Source: Lachnospiraceae bacterium
GTDB taxonomy: Bacteria > Bacillota > Clostridia > Lachnospirales > Lachnospiraceae
Direction: 5' to 3'
Length of the DNA: 64,000 nucleotides
NCBI GenBank assembly: GCA_017436865.1
Contig: JAFSCH010000053.1
Location: forward strand, 842 to 64,841
Made by a program: the position numbers and the translations under genes. The notes below the pieces were generated by a model, which made no database searches, had not been told where the DNA came from, and was given only the letters and a program-made list of their open reading frames with translations. Positions 10,026-20,438 of the stretch are shown in pieces. Numbering within the stretch: the first letter of the stretch is position 1; each line of letters starts with the position of its first letter.

Positions 10026-11930
10026 ATGATTTTAAACTGTAATAACATCGATAAAACCTTTGTGGATAATCATGTTTTAAAAAATGCTTCCTTTCATATA
10101 GAGGATTACGAAAAAGCCGCCATTGTCGGTATTAACGGTGCAGGCAAATCAACGCTTCTTAAAATCATCGTAGGTGACATGTCTGCCGATTCCGGTCAGG
10201 TCACTTTCGGAAAAGATAAAACCTTTGGATATCTAGCACAGCATCAGGCTGTCGATACCGAAAATTCTATCTTTGACGAACTTTTAACGGTAAAGCAGGA
10301 GGTTCTTGATCTCGAAGCCGCTATTCGTCAAACAGAATTAGATATGAAATCAGCTGAAGGTACTGCGCTGGATGCTTTATTAAAAAAATATTCCAGTATG
10401 ACACATCGCTTTGAAGATATAAATGGATATGCCTACAAAAGCGAAGTCACTGGTATCTTGAAAGGTCTTGGTTTTACTGATGAAGAATTTACTAAAAAAG
10501 TATGTACTCTCTCGGGTGGTCAAAAAACAAGAATTGCACTTGGAAAGCTTCTTTTACAAAAACCTGACCTTATTATGCTTGACGAGCCAACGAACCACCT
10601 TGACTTAAATTCTATTGCATGGTTAGAAACTTATCTGTTGAATTATAAAGGTGCTGTCATCATCGTTTCTCATGACCGTTATTTTCTTGACCGCATTACA
10701 ACTAAGATTATTGAAATTGACAATGGTGTCGTTTCTTCTTTCCATGGAAATTATTCAGATTATGCTACACAAAAAGAACATCTTCGCATTGAGCAGATGC
10801 ATGCATACCTAAATCAACAGCGTGAAATCAAGCATCAGGAAGATGTTATCGAAAAGCTTCGTTCCTTTAACCGTGAAAAATCCATCAAACGCGCCGAAAG
10901 CCGTGAAAAGATGTTAGATAAAATAGAACGTATCGAAAAACCAACAGAAGTAAAAGCTGATATGAAGCTCACCCTAACTCCACGTAAAACAAGTGGTAAT
11001 GATGTACTTCAGATTAATGGCTTATCGAAAGCTTTTGATAATCAGGTACTCTTCTCCGACGTCGGTTTTGAAATTAAGCGCGGAGAACATGTTGCCATTA
11101 TCGGTGACAACGGAACAGGTAAAACTACATTATTGAAGATCATCAACGAAATACTTCCACCTGATACTGGAACAATTCGTCTCGGAACCAACGTACAGAT
11201 TGGTTATTATGATCAGGAACATCATGTTTTACATATGGAAAAGACCTTATTTGAGGAAATCAGCGATGATTATCCTGACCTGACTAATACAGAAATCCGT
11301 AATACACTTGCCGCATTCTTATTTACTGGTGAAGATGTATTCAAAAAGATAAGCTCCTTAAGCGGTGGCGAACGAGGACGTGTTTCTCTTGCTAAGCTCA
11401 TGCTCTCAGAGTCAAACTTCTTGATTCTCGACGAGCCTACCAACCACTTAGATATTACCTCAAAAGAGATCTTGGAAAGTGCTCTTAATTCTTATGAGGG
11501 AACAGTTCTTTATGTATCGCATGATCGATATTTTATTAACAAAACTGCAACCCGTATTTTAGAATTAACGCAAAAGGAATTCATTAATTATATTGGTAAT
11601 TATGATTACTATCTGGAAAAAAAGGATATTTTACAGCCTACTGCAAAGGAAGAAACCGTTACAAAAATAGCCGAACCTAGTGCTGAAAAGCTTGATTGGA
11701 AACTACAAAAGGAATTACAGGCAAAACAGCGCAAAAAAGAAAATGATTTAAAGAAATGCGAAGATCGCATAGGTATTCTTGAGGAAAAGAATCAAGCCCT
11801 CGACAAAGAGATGGCAAAACCCGAAAATGCAACAAATGTTGCAAAATTGCAGGAAATTACCAAAGAAAAGGCTACTATTGAAGCCGAACTTGAAACTTTA
11901 TATGCAGAATGGGAAATCTTATCGGAATAA
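10026..11930 (+). CDS. ABC-F family ATP-binding protein (YdiF-like)
   Basis: Two ABC domains (GINGAGKST, GDNGTGKTT; LSGGQ, LSGGE; LDEPTNHLD twice), no TM segments, C-terminal coiled coil; adjacent to rex. Confidence 0.93.
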   Translation: MILNCNNIDKTFVDNHVLKNASFHIEDYEKAAIVGINGAGKSTLLKIIVGDMSADSGQVTFGKDKTFGYLAQHQAVDTENSIFDELLTVKQEVLDLEAAIRQTELDMKSAEGTALDALLKKYSSMTHRFEDINGYAYKSEVTGILKGLGFTDEEFTKKVCTLSGGQKTRIALGKLLLQKPDLIMLDEPTNHLDLNSIAWLETYLLNYKGAVIIVSHDRYFLDRITTKIIEIDNGVVSSFHGNYSDYATQKEHLRIEQMHAYLNQQREIKHQEDVIEKLRSFNREKSIKRAESREKMLDKIERIEKPTEVKADMKLTLTPRKTSGNDVLQINGLSKAFDNQVLFSDVGFEIKRGEHVAIIGDNGTGKTTLLKIINEILPPDTGTIRLGTNVQIGYYDQEHHVLHMEKTLFEEISDDYPDLTNTEIRNTLAAFLFTGEDVFKKISSLSGGERGRVSLAKLMLSESNFLILDEPTNHLDITSKEILESALNSYEGTVLYVSHDRYFINKTATRILELTQKEFINYIGNYDYYLEKKDILQPTAKEETVTKIAEPSAEKLDWKLQKELQAKQRKKENDLKKCEDRIGILEEKNQALDKEMAKPENATNVAKLQEITKEKATIEAELETLYAEWEILSE

Positions 11931-11968
11931 ACTTTTTTCCATAATAAAAGTGATTTATATCTAACGCC

Positions 11969-12001
11969 AAAATGCCATCAGCTTTTCGCTGATGGCATTT
12001 T
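11969..12001. terminator. bidirectional terminator between ABC-F gene and icd
   Basis: AAAATGCCATCAGC-tttc-GCTGATGGCATTTT. Confidence 0.85.
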
Positions 12002-12020
12002 ATGTGCACTTTATTCTTTA

Positions 12021-13229
12021 TTATAATGTCTCAAAAGTATCTCTGATTGCTTTGATAAAATTCTCACTGTTCAATACAGTAACATTTTCTAAGCTTGTAA
12101 TTAAAGCTAAGTCTTTTGTCATTTTTCCATCTTCAATCGTCTTAAGAGTTGCCTTTTCAAGCTTATCTGCAAACGCTACTAAGTCTGCATTGTTATCAAG
12201 CTCTCCACGCTTTCTTAAAGCACCTGTCCAAGCAAAGATTGTTGCTACGGAGTTTGTAGATGTTTCCTCTCCCTTAAGATGCTTGTAATAATGTCTCTGA
12301 ACTGTTCCATGAGCAGCTTCATACTCATAAACACCTGTCGGAGATACCAATACGGAAGTCATCATAGCAAGAGAACCAAATGCAGAGCTTACCATATCAG
12401 ACATAACATCTCCATCATAGTTCTTACATGCCCATATAAATCCACCCTTTGCCTTCATAACACGAGCAACTGCATCATCAATCAAAGTATAGAAATATTC
12501 AATTCCTGCAGCCTTGAACTGTTCTGCATATTCGGAATCAAAGATTTCCTGGAAAATGTCCTTAAAATTATGGTCATACTTCTTGGAAATAGTATCCTTT
12601 GTAGCAAACCATAAATCCTGCTTTGTATCCAAAGCATATTTAAAACATGCATGTGCAAAGCTTGTGATAGACTTATCCGTATTATGAATTCCCTGAAGGA
12701 TTCCACCAGCTTTGAATTCATGAATCAGTTCTCTGATTTCTGTTCCGTCTTCTGCTGTAAATACGAGTTCAGCCTTACCTGGCTTATCTACCTTAATCTC
12801 TGTATTTTTATATACATCACCATAAGCATGTCTTGCAAGAGTGATTGGCTTTACCCAGTTCTTAACACATGGCTCAATTCCCTTAACAATAATTGGCGCT
12901 CTGAAAACAGTACCATCTAACATAGCACGAATCGTTCCATTAGGACTCTTCCACATTTCTTTCAAATTGTATTCTGTCATTCTCGCTGCATTAGGAGTTA
13001 TGGTTGCGCACTTTACAGCCACACCATACTTCTTCGTAGCTTCTGCAGAATCTACGGTTACCTGATCATTCGTCTCATTACGATACTCAAGACCAAGGTC
13101 ATAGTACTCTGTTTTCAAATCAATATAAGGAAGAAGAAGCTCATCCTTAATCATTTTCCACAAAATTCTTGTCATTTCGTCTCCATCCATCTCTACTAAT
13201 GGAGTGGTCATTTGAATCTTTTCCATCAT
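12021..13229 (-). CDS. icd: NADP-dependent isocitrate dehydrogenase
   Basis: [37 protein letters not shown]. Confidence 0.97.
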   Translation of the reverse strand: MMEKIQMTTPLVEMDGDEMTRILWKMIKDELLLPYIDLKTEYYDLGLEYRNETNDQVTVDSAEATKKYGVAVKCATITPNAARMTEYNLKEMWKSPNGTIRAMLDGTVFRAPIIVKGIEPCVKNWVKPITLARHAYGDVYKNTEIKVDKPGKAELVFTAEDGTEIRELIHEFKAGGILQGIHNTDKSITSFAHACFKYALDTKQDLWFATKDTISKKYDHNFKDIFQEIFDSEYAEQFKAAGIEYFYTLIDDAVARVMKAKGGFIWACKNYDGDVMSDMVSSAFGSLAMMTSVLVSPTGVYEYEAAHGTVQRHYYKHLKGEETSTNSVATIFAWTGALRKRGELDNNADLVAFADKLEKATLKTIEDGKMTKDLALITSLENVTVLNSENFIKAIRDTFETL

Positions 13230-13255
13230 TACTCCTCCTAGGTTACTCAATTACT

Positions 13256-13933
13256 TTAATTTTTATCATCACTTAATCCGCATTTTACCATATTTCTATA
13301 CGCATTACAAATATGTTTATCCGCTAATTCTTCTGCAAGTTTCGCATTTCCATCTCGCATTGCCTCCATAATTCTCTTATGCTCTGCTATGGAATCCTTG
13401 CTACGTTCTGTGTCAGAAAGCATTTTTTGACGTTCCTTCTGTACATACTGATGAAAGTCCTTTAGTAAATGAATCAGCATCTTACTTTCACATGCTTCAT
13501 ATAAAAGCATATGAAAACGATTGTCTAATTCTGTTAATTGTTCATAATGTCCTTTAGATAAATGAAACTCACTTAATAAAATATTTTCTTCCATTTCTTC
13601 AATAACTTCTTTCGAAATGCGTTTTGTTGCCCATCTAGCACATAATCCCTCTAAAAGCGATCTGATTTCGTAGATATCCGCAACATCTGAAGAAGAAATA
13701 CCTGTCACATAAGCTCCCTTATTCGGAATAATTCGAATAAGTCCCTCCAGTTCAAGCTGTCGAAAAGCTTCTCTTACCGGAGTCCTGCTTACCCCTAGTT
13801 CTTCACCAATGGCGGCTTCGCGAAGCTCGTCATTTTCCTGATAACGACCATTTAAAATATCCTCTCGAAGCTTCTTAAAAACCTTGCCTCGTAGCGAATA
13901 TTTATCAGATGCTTCAACATCATATTCGCTCAT
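13256..13933 (-). CDS. GntR/FadR-family regulator (FCD domain)
   Basis: LGVSRTPVREA wHTH, FCD motifs (DNRFH, EHKRI). Confidence 0.93.
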   Translation of the reverse strand: MSEYDVEASDKYSLRGKVFKKLREDILNGRYQENDELREAAIGEELGVSRTPVREAFRQLELEGLIRIIPNKGAYVTGISSSDVADIYEIRSLLEGLCARWATKRISKEVIEEMEENILLSEFHLSKGHYEQLTELDNRFHMLLYEACESKMLIHLLKDFHQYVQKERQKMLSDTERSKDSIAEHKRIMEAMRDGNAKLAEELADKHICNAYRNMVKCGLSDDKN

Positions 13934-13960
13934 TTGTGTCCTCCCACTTTCTCATTACTG

Positions 13961-15373
13961 TTACTTTGTCAATGTAACACCAAGTTCATCACAACCATCA
14001 GCAATTACTTTTAACAACTCATCATCCGTAAGGACAGTCACACGACCGCTTTCATACTCAGTGTCAACCCATTTCTTTACATAGGCAACCAGTTCTGAAC
14101 TCTTGGTAATTTTATCCTCTTCCTTTAAACGGAAATAGGTATTAATCCAATGTGCAATACCTGCTAAACCAGATGTATTGGATACTGCACAAAGTACCGG
14201 ACGATTCAAAAACTTCTCTGTATCAAAAATATTATAAATCTCTTCATTCTTCAAAAGACCATCTGCATGAATTCCTGCCCTGGTAACGTTAAAATTCTTA
14301 CCTACAAATGGTGTTCTGTCTGGAATCTCATAACCGATTTCCTTTTCATAGTATTCTGCAAGCTCTGTAATTACGGTTGTATCCATTCCATTTAAAGTAC
14401 CTTTAAGTTGTGCATACTCAAATACCATTGCTTCCAGCGGTGTATTACCGGTACGTTCACCGATACCAAATAATGATGTATTTACACCAGAACAACCATA
14501 TAGCCATGCTGTTGTAGAATTCGATACCGCCTTATAGAAATCATTATGTCCATGCCATTCAATCCATTCTGAAGGAACTCCTGCATGCACATTAATTGCA
14601 TAGATAATTCCCGGTACACTTCTTGGAATAACAGCACCCGGATAGTTTACACCATAACCCATTGTATCACAGGCACGCACAATAATCGGAAGCTTATACT
14701 GTTCTGATAGCTTCATTAACTCTGCGCAGAATGGTACAACATAGCCATAAATATCAGCTCTTGTAATATCTTCTAAATGACATCTTACACTGATTCCTTC
14801 TTCTAAGCAGTCACGAACTACGGAAAGATAATGCTCCATTGCCTGACGTCTTGTCATTTTCAGCTTTAGAAAAATATGATAATCCGAACAGCTCACCAAA
14901 ATGCCTGTCTGCTTCATACCAAGCTCTTTTACAAGTTTAAAATCTTCTTTGCTAGCACGAATCCAAGACGTAACCTCTGGGAACTTATATCCTCTCTCCA
15001 TACATTTATAAACTGCATCTCTATCCTTTTTACTGTATAAAAAGAATTCACTGGCACGAATCATGCCATTTGGCCCACCAAGCTTATGTAAATAATCATA
15101 AATAGTAACAATCTGCTCTGTAGAATATGGCGCTCTCGATTGCTGACCATCTCGGAAGGTAGTATCCGTAATCCAAATATCCTTTGGCATATTGTGTGGC
15201 ACTACTCTATCATTAAATGGAATCTTCGGAATCTCATCGTAAGGAAACATATTTCGAAAAGCATTCGGCTTCTCTACATCCTGTAAAGGATATATATGTT
15301 CTTCTATTTGAAGAAGATTATTCTTATCATTCATTGTTACTGGACGATTTTCAAAATACTCCTGATTACCCAT
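13961..15373 (-). CDS. Re-citrate synthase (DRE-TIM family)
   Basis: DTTFRDGQQ, HGHND, GIGERTGN; in an operon with icd and lacks the LeuA regulatory domain. Confidence 0.8.
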   Translation of the reverse strand: MGNQEYFENRPVTMNDKNNLLQIEEHIYPLQDVEKPNAFRNMFPYDEIPKIPFNDRVVPHNMPKDIWITDTTFRDGQQSRAPYSTEQIVTIYDYLHKLGGPNGMIRASEFFLYSKKDRDAVYKCMERGYKFPEVTSWIRASKEDFKLVKELGMKQTGILVSCSDYHIFLKLKMTRRQAMEHYLSVVRDCLEEGISVRCHLEDITRADIYGYVVPFCAELMKLSEQYKLPIIVRACDTMGYGVNYPGAVIPRSVPGIIYAINVHAGVPSEWIEWHGHNDFYKAVSNSTTAWLYGCSGVNTSLFGIGERTGNTPLEAMVFEYAQLKGTLNGMDTTVITELAEYYEKEIGYEIPDRTPFVGKNFNVTRAGIHADGLLKNEEIYNIFDTEKFLNRPVLCAVSNTSGLAGIAHWINTYFRLKEEDKITKSSELVAYVKKWVDTEYESGRVTVLTDDELLKVIADGCDELGVTLTK

Positions 15374-15433
15374 TATTATCTCTCCTTTAGCAAAATGTAT
15401 TTTTATACACTCTTATTCCATGTACGTATTTTT

Positions 15434-15467
15434 GTATAATTGTATACAATTATACTCCTTCTGTCAA
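15434..15467 (-). promoter_or_regulatory. sigma-A promoter with 22-bp perfect palindromic GntR/FadR-type operator
   Basis: Minus strand TTGACA (15467-15462), 17 bp, TACAAT (15444-15439); palindrome GTATAATTGTATACAATTATAC at 15434-15455. Confidence 0.8.
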
Positions 15468-15518
15468 TGTTACACTTCCAATATTTTCATTTTTTTACTG
15501 AAATTGTTATATTTATCA

Positions 15519-16263
15519 CTATGAATTCTGCAATAATTTTCTCACAGAAAGCATTCCCGCACCTTGCACATTCCAAGGTTCTCCCAAATCTCTAGCAGAA
15601 GATAGCAAACATCTTTTTATCTGGTTATTCGTTGCTTCTGGATATTTTTGCATAAAAAGAGCAGATGCACCACTTACCATAGGAGTTGCCATAGACGTTC
15701 CACTTTTAGATACATAATAATGCGGCATTTTATGAGAACAGGACACAATCTCTGTACCTGGTGCTACAATATCAGGTTTTTTTAACGGATTATCCGTTCT
15801 CGACATTGCAAGCACTCCTTTTCCCGGACCTCTACCACAATAGTCCGAACATGACCTACCACTTTTTCCTACAAATCCTTCATCATGACAACCTACACAG
15901 ATGCAACAACCATTTTCACTAATTGGCGAAATGCTCATTGGCTTAGGTCCATGGTTACCTGCCGCCGCAACAATCAACATCCCCCCTTCCCATAAATACT
16001 CAAAATATTCATGCATAAGCTTTAATTCCTCTTTATCCAACTTTGCATCCGTTCCCATTTCCACCGAAATATTCAATATCCTAATCGGCAGTGTTTTTCG
16101 AACCTCAACAATCCACTGTAAGCCTTTTAGCAGGCTTTTCAAACTTCCTCCGCCTTTCTCATCCAAAATCTTTCCACACACCAGCGTGCATCCCGGTGCT
16201 ATTCCTCGATATTTCTCTCCAGAAGCTATTCCTGTGCCAGCCAAGATTCCACACACATGTGTG
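15519..16263 (-). CDS. 3' part of split S8 (AprX-like) serine protease
   Basis: THVCGILAGTG..YRGIAP, VAAAGN, KPDIVAPG, SGTSMATP (catalytic Ser); lacks the catalytic Asp and His, which lie at 22303-22509. Confidence 0.92.
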
Positions 16264-16272
16264 TAAGGTCCT

Positions 16273-17187
16273 TTACAATTGCCTTTGATAACTCATTCTT
16301 CGTTTTGTACGACTCCTCCTTCGCAAGCACACCTGTTCAAAGAGTTTCCTATCTATAATCGCTTCATGCATGGACTCAACTACAATCCAGCTTTCTTTTG
16401 GGCATGATACGATTTTCTTTTCTTTAAAGCTTCGCCTTCTGCTCTTTCCTTGAATCACATTTCCTATATAAACTTCATTTGCTAATATTTTCTTAATCGT
16501 TGAAGCACTCCAATGATAAGCTATCTCGTCCTTTCGTTTTGAACTTGGAGTTTCTACTTTATTTTTGATTAATTCATTTTGTATCTCCTTTATAGTACAT
16601 CCCTGCTGATATAACTCATATATCCTTCTAACCCAATACGCTTCCGATTTAACAACTTCTAATTTGTGCGAATTCGTCTTACTCTTCCGGTATCCGTAAG
16701 GAGCATATGCTCCTAAATATTCTCCTTTTTGCATCTTTCTCTGATAAACTGCTCTAATATTTTCTGATAAATCTTCACTATACCATTCATTTATAAGGGC
16801 ATTAATCTGCCTAGCTTTTTTCCCTGCCTTCTGTGCCGAATCTACACCATCTACTACTCCAAGAAAGCGAATCCCTAGCTTTGGAAACAAATTATGAAGC
16901 AAATATTCTGTATGCTCCATATTTCTTGACAATCTTGACTGAGATTTTGCGAGCACCACACTAAATTCATGTCTTGCTGCGTCTGAAAGCATTTTAGTAA
17001 ACGCCGGTCTTTCAAAATATAATCCAGAATAATCATCATCAATATAATATTCATAAATCTGAAAATGGTGTACTTTTGCATATTCTTCTAATATAATTCT
17101 TTGATTTTCTATACTTTTACTATTTTCTTTTCCTTCCTTTTCTATATCTTCTTTACTCAGACGAAGATAGATTGCTGCTTTTTCCAT
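16273..17187 (-). CDS. serine recombinase (resolvase + recombinase domains; SpoIVCA-like but short)
   Basis: AIYLRLS (catalytic Ser), YIDDDYSG, RPAF, SRLSRN, APYGY, ILANEVYIG, HEAII; 304 aa with no Zn-ribbon/coiled-coil tail. Confidence 0.93.
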   Translation of the reverse strand: MEKAAIYLRLSKEDIEKEGKENSKSIENQRIILEEYAKVHHFQIYEYYIDDDYSGLYFERPAFTKMLSDAARHEFSVVLAKSQSRLSRNMEHTEYLLHNLFPKLGIRFLGVVDGVDSAQKAGKKARQINALINEWYSEDLSENIRAVYQRKMQKGEYLGAYAPYGYRKSKTNSHKLEVVKSEAYWVRRIYELYQQGCTIKEIQNELIKNKVETPSSKRKDEIAYHWSASTIKKILANEVYIGNVIQGKSRRRSFKEKKIVSCPKESWIVVESMHEAIIDRKLFEQVCLRRRSRTKRRMSYQRQL

Positions 17188-17359
17188 AAGACCATTCTTC
17201 CATATCTTACTCTTACTATATATCTATGATGGTTATTCACCCAGAAATACCGTAATAATTTGACAATTTTATAATTTTAGAAAACACAAGTGCAAAGCAC
17301 TTTCTCGTATCACCGAAGCATAGCATAATCGAAATTCTCCATTGTTTCCGTACATACAC

Positions 17360-17395
17360 AAAAAATGCGTAGTATCAACTCACACTACGCATTTT
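17360..17395 (-). terminator. terminator after ABC permease, separating cargo from recombinase
   Basis: AAAATGCGTAGT...ACTACGCATTTT. Confidence 0.75.
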
Positions 17396-17409
17396 CACTA
17401 CTAAGTTCT

Positions 17410-18762
17410 CTATTCATTTCTAATAGCTGCTAACGGGCTAAGTCTCATAGCACGAAGTGATGGCAAGAATCCCGCTACCATACCAATAATGATAGCAAAT
17501 CCTATTGCTAGCAACGGAAGCCATCCTGGAATTCTACAAATTCCACTTCCCATTCCCATACTTGCCGCCATAAGAGAATTAATTCCAACACTCAATCCAT
17601 AACTGAATGCTACACCAATGATTCCGCCTATTAATCCGATAAAACCTGCCTCCAATAAGAACAACACCTGAATATTACGAATGTCACACCCTAACACCTT
17701 CATGACACCAATTTCTTTCGTTCGTTCATAGATAGACATCATCATGGTATTGGTAATACCGATTGCTGCAACAAGTAGCGAAACAGCACCAATGGCGCCT
17801 AATACAAGCTGTATCGTATTCATCTGCTCCGTTTCCGACTGAATCCACTCTGCATCACTATATGCATTATATCCTTGATCCTGAAGCATCTGGGTTATCG
17901 CCTGTACATTTTCCATAGCATCTACTTGTATAATAATCTGCGAATAAAACAGTTCATTATATGGCTTTCCATTCTTTCTAACAGGCTGTCCTGGTATTGT
18001 TTTCTTCTTAAATACACGCTTTAACTGAGCCTTTAATGCATCCATATCACAGTAAACCATACTACAATTATTCGAAGTCCATTCACCAATTTCGCCTTCC
18101 ATTATTCCGCTTGTCGGAATCAAATATTTCTTTGGTGGCTGTACTGCTGTTTCTGAATTACCGTTTTGGGAATTCCAATAAGCTTCTGTATCAAATATGA
18201 TAACCATTGGCTCGTTCATCAAGTCAATATCTGGTATTTCACCTGTCTCATAATAACTATGGACTCCTGTCTTTTCCACGTAAAAGTCAATAATAACATT
18301 ATTTCCATAAAAGAGAGCCAGTTCTTCCTCCTCTTGCGGCAGTGTTCCTTGTGCAACAGGAATATTCATACTCGCTAATCCTTCCTGAGTCATACCACAC
18401 AGGTCCATATAGGAATGAATATATTTTCCTTTTTTGGCAATTACAGAAACTGACAATCTAGGATAAACAGCATCTACATGCTCAATCGCTTCAAATTCCT
18501 TCACCAAATCATCATTTAACAACTTCTCTTCTGCTTGTTCGCCATTCGAGTTCCATGATCTTCCGGAATTTACAGTTATTTGTGTAATTGACGAATAACT
18601 TGATATACTTTCCAGCATGGATTCTTTTAATCCATTTCCCAATGCCATCATAACCACAATGGACGTAATACCAATCACTACGCCCAAAACAGTTAAAACT
18701 GTTCTGAGCTTTCTCTTCCATAGATTGGACATACTCATTAGCAATAAATCAGAAAGTTTCAT
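17410..18762 (-). CDS. MacB/FtsX-type ABC transporter permease
   Basis: RTVLTVLGVVIG, large extracellular loop, NTMMMSIYERTKEIGVMK, LSPLAAIR. Confidence 0.92.
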   Translation of the reverse strand: MKLSDLLLMSMSNLWKRKLRTVLTVLGVVIGITSIVVMMALGNGLKESMLESISSYSSITQITVNSGRSWNSNGEQAEEKLLNDDLVKEFEAIEHVDAVYPRLSVSVIAKKGKYIHSYMDLCGMTQEGLASMNIPVAQGTLPQEEEELALFYGNNVIIDFYVEKTGVHSYYETGEIPDIDLMNEPMVIIFDTEAYWNSQNGNSETAVQPPKKYLIPTSGIMEGEIGEWTSNNCSMVYCDMDALKAQLKRVFKKKTIPGQPVRKNGKPYNELFYSQIIIQVDAMENVQAITQMLQDQGYNAYSDAEWIQSETEQMNTIQLVLGAIGAVSLLVAAIGITNTMMMSIYERTKEIGVMKVLGCDIRNIQVLFLLEAGFIGLIGGIIGVAFSYGLSVGINSLMAASMGMGSGICRIPGWLPLLAIGFAIIIGMVAGFLPSLRAMRLSPLAAIRNE

Positions 18763-20438
18763 TATACATCATCCTCATCTAATAAGTTTAAATCCTCTTT
18801 TTGTTTCTTTGCTTTCTTTTTCTTCTTAATTACTACGACAATAACTACAATAATAACAATTACTACTAAACTGATTATTCCAATAATTACTACAACGGAG
18901 AGTTTATTGCTATTTCCTTCTTCCATCGGCTCCATTGGATACATGTCCATCGGTTCCTCTTCAAAGCTCATTTCATATACATAGAGATTCAAATCTTTTT
19001 CGTAACGAGTCGGATTTCCTGCTTCGTCTTCGTAAGTAACAACTGCCTTTACAATTCCTTCACCCATATCAGGAGCAATACCTGTCACCATAGAATCCAC
19101 ATTACCGGTTGCACCAGGTGCAATATTTCCAAGGTATGTAATACCACTTTCAACGGTATCCGATTCATAAGAAACCTTTACATTATATAATGTAGTCTTT
19201 CCTGTATTGAATACACTAAACATAACATTAGACTGTTCTCCAACTGCAATCGATTCCGGCATAATATCTGCGCTTCCAGTATCAATTTTAGCTTCCTGCT
19301 TAATTGGAATCGATACATTTGCTTTATCTGTATATTCCAAATAGTCCTCATCTTCATACTGCATATTTACATTTAAAACATATGGCTTCTGTGCAAGATC
19401 AGACTTCACTTCCATTTCAATGGTCATTTCATAGGTCTGTCCAGGTGCAATTTTCTCTACATAAACAGAACTGGAACCAGATGTTGGTAAAAAGGCTGCA
19501 TACGCTGCTGTTGTTTCATTTCCTTCAACTGTAGCCTCTAGATTAAATAACACATTTTGTACTGTTGTTTTCTTTGATGTATTCTGTACTTTTACCGTTA
19601 AATCAAATACAGACCCTGCATAAACAGTTTCTGGACTAGTCGTATAACCGGTTACGATAATACGAGGCTTTGATTTCTTCTCATCCTCCTTAGATTCATC
19701 CCCAAGTTCACCATTTTCCGGATTACCAATAACATTAATATATGTAGTAATATCTGTTTCTGTAAATTTATCATCTTGATAATACTGTGCATGGAATGTC
19801 AATGGATAGCAACCGCTCTTAGCATCTTCCTTTACTGTAAAATACCAACCAATATCCATTCTTTTTCCAAATGCATCAACAGTCGAATTTGCCGGTTGTA
19901 TCAATGGAATGCACTGTGCATCATAAGCCTGCTGTATCACAAATGGCCATTTATCTTTTTCACTTGAGACTGTTGGTGTAATAACAACATCCTTAATGTC
20001 TGTCTTACCGAGATTAATTAAGGAAAGAACAACAAAAGTCTGCTGATTATATTCTGCTGTTTGAATCGGAACTTCATTCGATAACATTAAAAACTTCTCA
20101 CTAGAGCCAAATTCCAGTTTATCATCCTTTACATAGTCATCTAAATATCCTCTCACCTGCGATGAATAATTCTCTAATTCACCAGCTGATAAATTGGCAC
20201 CCTTTATATAATTCATGGCACTGTTATAAATCTTATCCATCTTCTTAATTGTCTCATCAGAAATTTCATTCATCATTTTCAAATCTGAATAATAGCGATT
20301 TAAGCTTCCTCTGACTCTATCTCGTTCTTCATCCGATGCTGTCTGATATCCTGTCTCATCTGCGAAAACAGTTGTAACATTAGCGCATAACAGCAATGCC
20401 ATCATTGCCATTAGCAATATTTTTTTAAGTTTCTTCAT
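18762..20438 (-). CDS. secreted, C-terminally anchored Ig-like (COG1361/CARDB-like) ABC accessory protein
   Basis: Signal peptide ending VFA, repeated beta-rich modules (NLGKT, NTSKK, NTGKT..GNIAPG), C-terminal TM plus Lys run. Confidence 0.75.
   Translation of the reverse strand: MKKLKKILLMAMMALLLCANVTTVFADETGYQTASDEERDRVRGSLNRYYSDLKMMNEISDETIKKMDKIYNSAMNYIKGANLSAGELENYSSQVRGYLDDYVKDDKLEFGSSEKFLMLSNEVPIQTAEYNQQTFVVLSLINLGKTDIKDVVITPTVSSEKDKWPFVIQQAYDAQCIPLIQPANSTVDAFGKRMDIGWYFTVKEDAKSGCYPLTFHAQYYQDDKFTETDITTYINVIGNPENGELGDESKEDEKKSKPRIIVTGYTTSPETVYAGSVFDLTVKVQNTSKKTTVQNVLFNLEATVEGNETTAAYAAFLPTSGSSSVYVEKIAPGQTYEMTIEMEVKSDLAQKPYVLNVNMQYEDEDYLEYTDKANVSIPIKQEAKIDTGSADIMPESIAVGEQSNVMFSVFNTGKTTLYNVKVSYESDTVESGITYLGNIAPGATGNVDSMVTGIAPDMGEGIVKAVVTYEDEAGNPTRYEKDLNLYVYEMSFEEEPMDMYPMEPMEEGNSNKLSVVVIIGIISLVVIVIIVVIVVVIKKKKKAKKQKEDLNLLDEDDV

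Noticed and set aside
13961-15373. leuA call
   Set aside because: No LeuA regulatory domain; context with icd favours Re-citrate synthase
15519-16256. Reading the 245-aa ORF as a complete protease and the 68-aa ORF as unrelated
   Set aside because: Each lacks part of the catalytic triad, and they join in frame at the direct repeat
17188-17260. Sporulation promoter for the recombinase (CATAGATA) and for the protease (CATATACT near 22585-22592)
   Set aside because: Only -10-like matches with no convincing -35 at the right spacing, so developmental timing remains unproven
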